Of a stretch of 64,000 nt of DNA, positions 28,240 to 38,300 are shown piece by piece. The stretch lies in the IMG/VR virus record IMGVR_UViG_3300007512_002491; one strand, given 5' to 3'. This stretch comes from an uncultured virus (IMG/VR IMGVR_UViG_3300007512_002491) (Duplodnaviria > Heunggongvirae > Uroviricota > Caudoviricetes). The notes below the pieces were generated by a model. It did not search any database and was not told the origin of the DNA. It was given only the letters and a program-made list of their open reading frames with translations. The position numbers and the translations under genes were made by a program. Numbering within the stretch: the first letter of the stretch is position 1; every line of letters begins with the position of its first letter.

Positions 28240-31200
28240 TTAATATCCAACTGTAATATTAGATAAGTTTCCTATCCAATTTTCGTGAGCAATTATTCTT
28301 ATTACTACATATTCTGCACCCGAAGTGGTACCATTTTGAGTCTCTGCATTAAAAGTACAAATATTTAAAATTCCAGTAGGACTAACTGCAGATGTTAAGT
28401 CTCCGCTTAAGCCTCCATCGTTATCTGATGTGGTACCAGCTCCAGCAGAAGGTTTTGCGATATCAAGCCAGCCCGTCTTTCCAGGTATTTTAACCGAGCA
28501 ATGAAAATTATTATTAGCTCCTAAAGATCCAGAATTTGGGCCAGATTGTGCTACTAATGTCGCGCTTCCTGTCATCATAACGTTTATTTGGGGTACGTCG
28601 TTTGTGGTATTGTTTTCAAAATATCTTGTGTAGTTTCTAGTGCTCAAGCTCAAAGAAGAATAATTTACATTGCTATCAGGAGACTGTAGCGTTCCTCCAT
28701 CTCTTACGCTTCGGAAATCTCCATTGCCCATAGCTCCGGTTTTTGGACTAATTAAACGACCATTATATATTAGCAATCCGTCATAATAAGCAGCTTGAGA
28801 TCCATCATTCATAGAAATAGAAGGGTCCCAAGTTGCGCTGTTGACTGATAACTGAGTTGTAAAAGAGCCAGATGTTAATCTATAGTTTTCGTCATCAAAA
28901 TTTTCTGTAGTATATTTTGTAGAAGTTTGGCTAGCGCTAAATACTAAAAAGTTGGATTTAGCAAAAGTAGAAGTTGTAGTGTTACTTTTTAGAGGGTGAA
29001 GGACTTGTCCAGAAATAGAAGCTGTATAATACCCTGCTCCATATGGACCGACCGTAGAATTGCTTTGGCCGAAAGAAATAGATCCTGTCACACCGATATT
29101 TTTTTGTTCGCAATTTGCAATAGATGTGTCTAAAGAAGCAAGAGAGCTAAAATAGTTTGCGTTAGTGCTGTTAGTTACTCCGTCTCCGTTAATTGATATT
29201 TGCGTTACGTTTATATTGCTTCTAACTGGAGATGTAACAGCCGCAGAGTTTCTAGAATAAACGTTTTTATAAACATTCTCAGCAGAATAAGCAAAACTAG
29301 ATGTGCAAGATATAAAGTATTTTACGCCACTTTGATAAAATAATGTAGAATTAGATCCAAAGTTATCAAAAACTTCTCCAGATGTTGACAACGCATCTGA
29401 ATTTGGATCATTAACCCACTCTACATAATTTGTTACTGTATCAGATCCATTAACTGAATGAATCACCCTAACATAATTCCAGCCGTCGCGCTGATCGGCT
29501 GTTCCAACTTGAAATTCGCCTGTTCTATATATCAACGTATAATCTGGTACGCTGTTTCCGCTATATTCCCCAGGCGTAGCAGACAGCAAACTTTTAAAAC
29601 CAGAACTATTTCCATTCAAACTATTTCCAGAACTAAAATTCACTAAGTTAGTAGTATGCACTACAGAACCATTAACTTCTAGTTTAAGAGATCCAAAAGA
29701 TCCACTGCTAAAAGCATTAGCTACGTAACTAGATCCATTAGATGAAACATCTTCATTAAGAGTTCCATTTACTATAGTAGATCCATCAAAAACTGCTCTT
29801 CTTAAATTGTTCCCAGAGTTAGTTTGTATATAATTTCCATTTACATCTACTGCCGAACCTAAACCAGCAGAAGCCGCTACATTAGTGTACCCAGAGATAG
29901 ATTGAGCGCTTCCAAAAGAAAGTTTTGTTCCAGTTCCTGAATCGTCGCAATCTATATCATCTAATGCTGGAGCTTCAGAAGGCGCAACTCCTGTTCCAGC
30001 GCCAAAAGATATAGTAATGTCATCTATATTTCCAGTCCAAGAAGCGCTAGCCTCTATTTTCGCCACAATGTATTCATTGGTTCCAATAGATTGAGTTCCA
30101 AAAGTTGCTATATTGACTGCATCTAAGCTAGAATCTAGACTTCCAACTAAACACCCAGCTGCATTTGAGTAGCTTCCTGCAACAAACGCCTGACTTAAAT
30201 CAAGCCATCCTGTTTGATATGTGCTCGTATTTGGAAGCTTAAATAAAACAGATATTTTTGAAGTATCATTAGTTGTGCCTTGTTGAACTATAGTTCCGGA
30301 ACCATCAATATCTATAGAAAAGTCTCTTTTTGCTGCACCAGTATTTTGAAAATATCTATAAAATGTTTTAATGCCAGAAGTCAATCCAGAATAGTTTGGA
30401 TTTGACGCTGGAGCGTAAGTGATTGAGCCTCCATCAGCACTGTTTCTAAAATCTCCCGAAAGCAAAGAATTTGTAGGTGTATAGAGCTTTTGGTTATAAA
30501 ATATTAATCCATCAGATTGAGAAAGCGAAGAAGAAAGATGAAAAGTAGAATTCCAAGAAGCTGCAGCATCAGTAACAGAAGATTGAGTGTCATAAGAAGC
30601 TGATGTTATTCTATAGTTTTCTCTCTTAAAAGTTTCTACTAATACAGTAGAATCATTAGATGCACTATATAAAAGAATTCCACCAGAAGTTACTGCACCC
30701 CCAGTAGAAAGATTGCTTTTGATTGGATGGTCGACATTAATTGAAGATGCTATAGACTGGTTTAATAAAGTTGTTGCTGTAATAGTAGCAGAACCAGTAA
30801 CTTTAAGAACTGTTGTGTTATTTTCACCAGCTCCAGTATTAAGAGATGGAATTGTTTGGCTAGATATAGAACAATTAGTAGTATTAAAAGTAGAAGATCC
30901 GCTATAAACATTTCTATAGACATTGCTAACGTTTACTTTGTAGTCTGCAGTGCCGCTAATGTAATATTGAATTCCGGAAAGGTGTATCCCCTTTCCTAAA
31001 TCGAAGTTATCAATTTTTTCGCCGCTAGCTGCCAAAGCATTGGCATTAGAATCATTAACCCACTCTATGTAATTTGTTTGTTTTGTGCTTCCAGTTACTA
31101 CGTGGAGAACTCTTGCATAATTCCAGCCATCTCTTTGGTCTGTGGTAGACACTACATATTTTCCTGTACGGTGTTGAAAGAAAGCTAAAGTATTGCTATC

Positions 31201-34200
31201 AGAAAATACTGCTGATCCAGTTTGAGAAAATTGAATAAACCCAGAGCCATTAGAATTCGTGTAAGTTCCCGTACCTGCGCCTGGAATACCAGAGCCTATT
31301 GACCCAACAGTTAAATCTATCTCTTTAACATTAGAGCCGTTAACCATTAATCTTAAAACGCCAGTATTAGCATCGCCAAAAGAAGATGTAAAGTAGTTGG
31401 TTACTCCATTAGAGTAATTGCTAGCCGCTATATCAGAATTCAGCGTTCCCGTCATAGAAGTTGAACCTGCAAAAGTTGCAACTCTAATATTATTACTAGC
31501 TGTAGTTATTTGATATGCACCATTGACATCTACGGCAGAACCTAGCCCTGCTGAAGCCGCCACATTAGTATAACCACCAACAGCATTACTAGTACCAAAA
31601 GAAAGGAAAGAAGTAACACCGGTTTCTGCACTGTTTATATTATCTAGATCTGGAGCAGGAGCAGGTGAAAGAGCTTTAAGCACTTCGTTAAACCTGTCTA
31701 TTGCTGTACCTATTGGAGTAGTAGATACAAAGCTAGCAAAAAGGCCATCAGTATAAGTTCCATCTTCAGCTGGTCCAATAGTTCCTGTTCCATACATTGT
31801 TCCAGAAACAACTAGATCGCCACCAAATACAGCAGTACCGCGGGTTGTGGTATCTTTAGACGTTAAAGATCCGCTAACAAAGAAAAAAGTATCAGTTCCA
31901 ACGTTGGAAGTCTCATAAGAAGAACCTTTTCCGCCAGAAAAGCTAGTAGACCCGGTTGTAACTAAATTGCCACTAGAGGGACTATCGAAATATGAATCAG
32001 TTGATGTTGCTGTACTGGTAATAGTAATTTGGCCACTTGAAGCTGAAGCTATTGTTATGTTTGCGCCAGCGACTAAATAAGAAGTACCATTTTGAAGTTG
32101 TGTTAAAGACCCAGAGAAGGCTGGAGAAGTAATAGCTGTCGTTGACCCTATAGATCCAGTTACTCCTACATTCCCGGAGAACTGAGATCCTGTCAGGGTA
32201 GCTACAACGCTATTGTCTATATTTAAAGTAACATCTCCAGAAGCTCCACCGCCCGATAATCCGATTCCAGCGACTACAGAAGTAATATCGCCTGTAGAAG
32301 TCCCCGTAATTGTAATTGCGCCTGAAGAACCGGTTGCTATCTGGATATTGTTTCCAGCAACTAGATATGAAGTACCATCTTGAAGATTTGTTAAAGATCC
32401 TGAAAATGCTGGTGAAGTTATGACTGTAGTAGATCCGATCGATCCTGTTACACCAACCTCTCCAGAAAACTGAGAACCAGAAAGAGTGGCGACAATAGAA
32501 TCATTGATGTTTAGAGTTACCGTCCCAGAGGTACCACCGCCAGTTAATCCAGTGCCAGCAGTAACTCCAGTAATATCTCCAACGGTTCCGTCATTTGTAA
32601 TTGTAATTGCGCCGTTAGACGCTGAAGTAATTCCGATCCCAGAACCAGCTATCAAATATGACGTTCCATCTGTAAGTTGCGTAAGTGAACCACTCATTCC
32701 TGAATCAAACTTAACTGCACCTGTGAACGTAGAACCAGAAACGGTAGCGACAACAGAGTCATCAATAGCCATCTCAGTAGAATCTATTTTCAAACCGCCA
32801 GATGATTTTAAATCTGCACTGAAAATAGTGCCTGAAAGGTCTAGGCCGTCGCCTGCTGTATAAGTCGTATCAGCGGAGGTTATTGTAATAGACCCATTCG
32901 AGGCAGAAGCTACAGTTATATTAGCGCCAGCTAAAATATATGAAGTGCCATCTTGTAAGTGAGTCAAAGACCCGGAAAATGATGGAGCTGTTATGAGAGT
33001 AGTAGATCCGATCGATCCTGTTACGCCAACATTTCCAGAAAACTGAGAACCTGTTAGGGTAGCTACGATAGAGTCTCTTATATTGAGAGTTACATCACCA
33101 GACGTCCCTCCACCGCTTAAGCCAGTTCCAGCGGTGACGCCTGTAATATCTCCTACCGTACCGTCATTCGTGATAGTGATTGCGCCATTTGAAGCAGATG
33201 CTATCGTGATTCCAGATCCAGCGACTATATAAGACGATCCATCTGTAAGTTGTGTAAGAGATCCACTCATCCCTGAATTAAACTGGACAGCGCCTGTAAA
33301 AGTAGATCCAGAAACTGTGGCCACTACTCCATCATCTACATTTAAAGTAACATCGCCAGAAGTGCCTCCTCCGGTAAGTCCAGTACCGGCGGTGACGCCT
33401 GTAATATCGCCAACGTTTCCTGTGATTGTTACCTGGCCGTTAGATGCAGATGCTATAGTTATTCCAGTTCCAGCGACTAAATAAGAAGAACCATTTTGAA
33501 GGCGTGTTAAAGACCCAGAAAAGGCTGGAGAAGTTACGAGAGTAGTAGATCCTATAGATCCTGTTGCTCCGATGTTTCCGGAGAACTGAGAACCAGTTAA
33601 GGCTGCGAAAATAGAATCTCTTACCGTTAGCGTATAGTTGTTTCCTGCGCCAGAATCAGAAGAAGTTAGTCCAGTGCCCATAGTAAGCACTCTTTCATTA
33701 GATAATGACCCTGTAGCTGCCAGCACTAAATACTCAGCATTTCCATCTGCTATTCCGCCGCCGCCAGCGACTGCGCTAATAGTAATTTGGCCTTTTGCAC
33801 CGACACTCAAAGATACGTTTGCGCCAGGTATTAAAAAGTCGCTTCCATCTGCGAGCTTAGTTAATGAGCCACTTAATCCAGTGTTAAATTTAGCTGCACC
33901 TGTAAAATCTGCACCAGAATTAAAATTAACACCTCCAGTAAAAGTAGCTCCAGACACCGTCGCAACAATACTGTCGTCTATAGCTAAAGTAACATCTCCT
34001 GAAGTCCCTCCTCCAGTGAGACCGTTTCCAGCTAAAACAGCAGTAATATCCCCTGATATTAAAGTTTTTAATTGACCAACTGAGGTTTTTGAAACTGCTG
34101 AAGTTCCTCCACTATAGTCATAAAATGGAATATAGTCATAAAGAGAAATATCTGCGTCTGCTAAATTATAGATGTTGAGCGCTAATTTATCGTCTGTGTC

Positions 34201-35289
34201 AAAACCTATTCCCCCGTTCGACCTTAATGCTACTGCAACTGAAACACTAGAAGTTGAGCCGTCGTAAGAAAAACTAGAAATACCACGTGCACTCGTAAGA
34301 TGATTAGGAACTTTTAAAACGCTTAAACCAGAACCACCAACTGAAATTGTAGCGTCAGCAGCTTGGGCTGAAATTGTTCTAGCGCTAGCTCCTGTAAAAG
34401 TTGTTCCTGAATCTAACTGTAGTCCATCTCCAACGGTCAGAGCGTTATCTAATGTTCCAACTGTTGCCAAGTTGGCAATTGATTGGGCTGTTACATACTT
34501 TATATTATCGCTGTCGTCAACATCTCCAATTAAAACTTTGTCACCAGTAGCTACAGTAGCAGAAGATAGTGTGGAAGGGTCTATTTTTACTCCACTTGAA
34601 GTTACTCCTATACCCTTAGAAGATTCTGCAGTTATTGCTAAAGTGACTGCAGCCGTATTATTATAAGATGAAGCTGCACCTGCAGAATCTTCTATTCCGT
34701 TTCCAAAAGTTATTGCATTTGAAAGTGTGCTAGTGGTCCCTAAGCTTAATATATCACTTATTGTGCAGTATTTTGCAGCATATGAAGAACCAGCGTCACC
34801 GATTAAAATTCTGTCTGAAGTTACTGGGGTTGCAGATGAAGCTGATGTAAAATCAATTTGCAGACCATAGCTTGAATGGATACTGAGACCCCGAGACTGG
34901 AATATATCAATAGCTAAAGTTTTTGCAGCAGACCCATCGTAAGTGGTGCCAGTATCAAAAAATAAACCGCCAGCAACTGTAGCAGTCAATGGATTATTTG
35001 TAAATCCAGAAGCAGAAATTGTTACTGCTCCATCAGAGCCTGTCGCTAAAGCAACGTTACTTCCAGCTTTAAGATATGGGCTACCATCTACTAATTTAGT
35101 TAAAGAGCCAGAAAAACCCTGCTTGGCGACTATTATTCCAGTAGAAGTAAGAGAAGATCGAAAGCCTGCGTCATCTAAACCGATCTGCAAATCATTAGGA
35201 GCTACTAAAGTATCGATTTTTCCAGATCGACTGTTAGATATGGTTAAGAAATCGCTAGTTTTAAGCTTAGATTTTTTAATTCTGGCCAT
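28240..35289 (-). CDS. Giant (2349 aa) tail-fibre / receptor-binding protein
   Basis: G/S/T-rich shaft with tandem repeats shared with the 26140 gene, followed by a duplicated globular domain of about 560-580 aa. Confidence 0.78.
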   Translation of the reverse strand: MARIKKSKLKTSDFLTISNSRSGKIDTLVAPNDLQIGLDDAGFRSSLTSTGIIVAKQGFSGSLTKLVDGSPYLKAGSNVALATGSDGAVTISASGFTNNPLTATVAGGLFFDTGTTYDGSAAKTLAIDIFQSRGLSIHSSYGLQIDFTSASSATPVTSDRILIGDAGSSYAAKYCTISDILSLGTTSTLSNAITFGNGIEDSAGAASSYNNTAAVTLAITAESSKGIGVTSSGVKIDPSTLSSATVATGDKVLIGDVDDSDNIKYVTAQSIANLATVGTLDNALTVGDGLQLDSGTTFTGASARTISAQAADATISVGGSGLSVLKVPNHLTSARGISSFSYDGSTSSVSVAVALRSNGGIGFDTDDKLALNIYNLADADISLYDYIPFYDYSGGTSAVSKTSVGQLKTLISGDITAVLAGNGLTGGGTSGDVTLAIDDSIVATVSGATFTGGVNFNSGADFTGAAKFNTGLSGSLTKLADGSDFLIPGANVSLSVGAKGQITISAVAGGGGIADGNAEYLVLAATGSLSNERVLTMGTGLTSSDSGAGNNYTLTVRDSIFAALTGSQFSGNIGATGSIGSTTLVTSPAFSGSLTRLQNGSSYLVAGTGITIASASNGQVTITGNVGDITGVTAGTGLTGGGTSGDVTLNVDDGVVATVSGSTFTGAVQFNSGMSGSLTQLTDGSSYIVAGSGITIASASNGAITITNDGTVGDITGVTAGTGLSGGGTSGDVTLNIRDSIVATLTGSQFSGNVGVTGSIGSTTLITAPSFSGSLTHLQDGTSYILAGANITVASASNGSITITSADTTYTAGDGLDLSGTIFSADLKSSGGLKIDSTEMAIDDSVVATVSGSTFTGAVKFDSGMSGSLTQLTDGTSYLIAGSGIGITSASNGAITITNDGTVGDITGVTAGTGLTGGGTSGTVTLNINDSIVATLSGSQFSGEVGVTGSIGSTTVITSPAFSGSLTNLQDGTSYLVAGNNIQIATGSSGAITITGTSTGDITSVVAGIGLSGGGASGDVTLNIDNSVVATLTGSQFSGNVGVTGSIGSTTAITSPAFSGSLTQLQNGTSYLVAGANITIASASSGQITITSTATSTDSYFDSPSSGNLVTTGSTSFSGGKGSSYETSNVGTDTFFFVSGSLTSKDTTTRGTAVFGGDLVVSGTMYGTGTIGPAEDGTYTDGLFASFVSTTPIGTAIDRFNEVLKALSPAPAPDLDNINSAETGVTSFLSFGTSNAVGGYTNVAASAGLGSAVDVNGAYQITTASNNIRVATFAGSTSMTGTLNSDIAASNYSNGVTNYFTSSFGDANTGVLRLMVNGSNVKEIDLTVGSIGSGIPGAGTGTYTNSNGSGFIQFSQTGSAVFSDSNTLAFFQHRTGKYVVSTTDQRDGWNYARVLHVVTGSTKQTNYIEWVNDSNANALAASGEKIDNFDLGKGIHLSGIQYYISGTADYKVNVSNVYRNVYSGSSTFNTTNCSISSQTIPSLNTGAGENNTTVLKVTGSATITATTLLNQSIASSINVDHPIKSNLSTGGAVTSGGILLYSASNDSTVLVETFKRENYRITSASYDTQSSVTDAAASWNSTFHLSSSLSQSDGLIFYNQKLYTPTNSLLSGDFRNSADGGSITYAPASNPNYSGLTSGIKTFYRYFQNTGAAKRDFSIDIDGSGTIVQQGTTNDTSKISVLFKLPNTSTYQTGWLDLSQAFVAGSYSNAAGCLVGSLDSSLDAVNIATFGTQSIGTNEYIVAKIEASASWTGNIDDITISFGAGTGVAPSEAPALDDIDCDDSGTGTKLSFGSAQSISGYTNVAASAGLGSAVDVNGNYIQTNSGNNLRRAVFDGSTIVNGTLNEDVSSNGSSYVANAFSSGSFGSLKLEVNGSVVHTTNLVNFSSGNSLNGNSSGFKSLLSATPGEYSGNSVPDYTLIYRTGEFQVGTADQRDGWNYVRVIHSVNGSDTVTNYVEWVNDPNSDALSTSGEVFDNFGSNSTLFYQSGVKYFISCTSSFAYSAENVYKNVYSRNSAAVTSPVRSNINVTQISINGDGVTNSTNANYFSSLASLDTSIANCEQKNIGVTGSISFGQSNSTVGPYGAGYYTASISGQVLHPLKSNTTTSTFAKSNFLVFSASQTSTKYTTENFDDENYRLTSGSFTTQLSVNSATWDPSISMNDGSQAAYYDGLLIYNGRLISPKTGAMGNGDFRSVRDGGTLQSPDSNVNYSSLSLSTRNYTRYFENNTTNDVPQINVMMTGSATLVAQSGPNSGSLGANNNFHCSVKIPGKTGWLDIAKPSAGAGTTSDNDGGLSGDLTSAVSPTGILNICTFNAETQNGTTSGAEYVVIRIIAHENWIGNLSNITVGY
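28243..31666 (-). repeat. Tandem duplication of an approximately 1.7-kb domain (about 30001-31666 and 28243-29975)
   Basis: Both copies carry AP.LD.I, GYTNVAASAGLGSAVDVNG.Y, DQRDGWNY.RV.H, TNY.EWVND.N, ENYR.TS.S, TGWLD and EY.V..I.A...W.GN. Confidence 0.85.
32010..34055 (-). repeat. Seven tandem shaft repeats (about 90-110 aa each) of two subtypes
   Basis: Type A is ATLTGSQFSGNVGVTGSIGSTT.ITSPAFSGSLT.LQDGTSYL. Type B is ATVSGSTFTGAV.F.SGMSGSLTQLTDG.SY. The N-to-C order is B-A-B-A-B-A-A. Confidence 0.85.
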
Positions 35290-35331
35290 AGATTCGCTCT
35301 TAGATAGTGATCTTGTTTCTAAAGTATACCA

Positions 35332-35338
35332 TAAATAT
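35332..35338 (-). promoter_or_regulatory. Candidate late promoter core ATATTTA
   Basis: Intergenic, about 43 nt upstream of the giant fibre gene start at 35289. Confidence 0.45.
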
Positions 35339-35369
35339 GCAGCCTAAAAAAGAGAGATATTATAAATGG

Positions 35370-38300
35370 TTATTCCGTGTCAGTTGTAACTTCAACATAA
35401 TCTCTAAAATCACATACAGAAGATCTATTTCGGCCAGTAGGATATTGAGCTTGTTTTGGATCGTCAAAATATGGAACAGAACTAGTGGCGTACAAGCTTA
35501 GATTGGAGCTGTGTGTTTCTTCTGGAGAAACAGATACTTCGCCTCCAGGATCAGTTAAATTCGTCTTCCAAGATGGCTCTTTAAAAGTAACAACAACTGG
35601 AAGTGTGGAAAAGTCCACACTTTCTCCTCCAACATTGAAAACCACCGAATCTCTTCTCTGTTCTAACATATCTCTAAACTGCCCGAACCTATTACCACGG
35701 AAAATAGCGGAAGGCGCGATTGGAAGTGCATTCATCACTCCATATTTCCAGCCTCTGGGTTTAGTAGTCATAAATTTTTGATGATAGTATGGATAAGTTC
35801 TCGGTGATGGAGCATAAGGGCAACGTATTATACCGGTGCTAGCTCCCATCATATACTCTCTAGAATCCTGTAGCGCTGCTCCAGAAGTATAAGTTCTTGT
35901 TGCGAAGAAATCATTTCCAGTTTCTATTCCGTAAAGATATTTCAAAAGCATCTTAGAGTCATCTGAGCGATACCAAAATTTATGGTTTGGTGCCAAATAA
36001 GCATTCCTAAAGGCATTTATGTCTGGGGGGGAGCCGGCTGCGGTTGTGCCTGCAACATAAGGAATTGAGCCTTTAGACTTCTTTTTAGGAGAACACATTA
36101 TTAAACCGGGAGAATCTAAAAAGTTAACTTGATCTACTCCAGCTCTCGGGCTAGCAGGATCTGGAAGCAGATTATTTACATTCGTCATCTTAAGAGGGGT
36201 AACTATTCCAACCATACCCCGCTGAAGGCTGAGCGATGGGCCATTTCCGTCATGAGCATTTGCCACGCCTACAAACTTCTGCTCTGAATTTCTTGTTGGC
36301 AGAATAGTCAATACTTCACCATCTGCAGTTTTCATCTTTCTGGTATATTTTGGCTCATAGGGAAAAGAATTATTCCAGTTTTCGTTATAAGCTTCTAAAA
36401 ATATTTCAGACTGTCTTGGATTCATTACATCAGCGCTTCCTTTAGCTCCTGGCCAAAGAGCTTGGAGCCAAGCTCTAGAAATAGTTCCAAATGCAGAAAG
36501 TTTATGACGCGTATCAATTATTCCATCTGGACCTGGAGATAACGTCATTCCAAGAACGGGCGTTACCGTACTGGGATTATACCCTATTTGGAATGGCGTA
36601 TAAGACGCCCATAAATCTTGAACATTGGGGACTAAACTATCATAAAACAGAGAGCCGCTTTGAGAAAGTTTAACAAATCGATTGAATGCATATGTATCTC
36701 CCATATTTTCATAGAGTGTCTCCGAAACTACTTTTCTGTAGTTTCGGAAATTTTCCATTCCTGGCCATTCTAAAACAGTTCTGCCGTTCAGGTAAGCGCC
36801 ATATGGCGGGAGATGAACTGCAATAGTCGATGGTTGTATCGGGGACTTGGCCACCGGTGTAACGACGGCACCTGACATTTCTTGAGATAAGAAATTTCCA
36901 GTATATGAATCTCTAGACTCTATTTCAAACTGATCGGTGACAATATCCATTCCGATCGCAAATGAAGCATTAGCATTTAATAGCTGTTGAGCTGAATTAT
37001 TTAAAACTCTCTTTTTGTCTTTAACATAAGATCCGACCAGTGTAATCTTGCAATCCCCGGGCAGTAACTTTAGATAAGACCCTGTTATGCAAGTTATACT
37101 TCCAGAGCAATAATACGAAGGAGCAGCGATCGCTGCTTCGACGCCAAGTATTAATTCGTCTCCTGGAAAAAGTAGATATCCAGTTTCTGTAGATGAAGCT
37201 GCAGGCGGTGGATCAAATTTTAATCTCGTACTATTCCAAACAATATCAAAATCTCTAGCTGTTGCATAAAAATCGTCGACTCCGATAGATCCAGAAAAGA
37301 AAGAAGATGAAACCGTTTCTCTATATGGTGTGTATCTATGAGAAAAAGAGTGATTAACGGTTCTTGGATCGTTAACTTCGGCAGAAAAATATCTTTTAGT
37401 ATTAACTTCGTTTAATTGATTTATTTCAAAAAACGCATTAGGGTGCCTATTGGGAACTGCAGAAAATGGCTCATTAGAATAATTAAAATATGTTTCGTTT
37501 GAAGCTGTTATCACGCCGAGCGGTGTAAGAGTAACAGGTGGTTTTGAATATGGAAAACGCTGTCCATACCAAGGAGTTGCTGAGGCTGCAGATTTTTTAG
37601 TCAGGTAAGTTTTAACTAACGATGGTTCTCTTATCCCCTCGTTGATCTGGTGGAATCCTACTGTAGACGTTCCACCTAGCCAAGTGCAGAAAACAGGCAT
37701 TCCCCTATTGAAATCAGGCGGGACTTCACCTGGAATAACGGTTACCCACTTCTTGCTAGTTGGATCTGATTTTGGTGCAAAAGTGGGATCTTTAGTAATA
37801 TCAAAATGTTTAAATTGAAAATTACCATTTGCGCTAACATTATATCCGGATGGGGCGCCACTATCATTTACGGGCTGTGGTCCAAGAGTGCCCTGAGGGT
37901 ATGTCGCACCGCCAGGGACTGACCATACAGGAGCGCACCAATTATAATTTAAAGAAGACGATATATCGGTAGGCATCGTCATTATATTAGCGTTGGGGTT
38001 TCGAGCACTTATCGCCGAAGAAGCAAAAAGAAAAGATTTGTTAATATTTAAGCCTTCGGAGTCTCTGATAGCTGTTTGATTATTCACTGGGATACGGTAA
38101 GTTCCCCCTCCTCCCGGGTAGTACAGCCTTCCATATTTAGACAATTGTTCATAATTTCCAGAATAAACTTTTAAAACTTGAGTGTGTTCCCAAAATCTAC
38201 CATATCTTCTCTTTGGCGCAACTGCCGGCGTCATTGAAATAACTACATTAGTTTCGCCCGTAGTTACTTCTTTTGCCGGGGTGCTACCAGCGAAAGCGGA

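Noticed and set aside
26461..34055. Repeats considered as a CRISPR array or as DGR template/variable repeats
   Set aside because: They are long, in-frame coding repeats with mostly synonymous differences. There is no spacer structure, no evident adenine-specific variation and no reverse transcriptase in the window.
23758..35347. Many plus-strand ORFs of 60-177 aa opposite the fibre genes
   Set aside because: Antisense frames stay open because of the biased Gly/Ala/Thr/Ser codons. They show no SD sequences or protein motifs.
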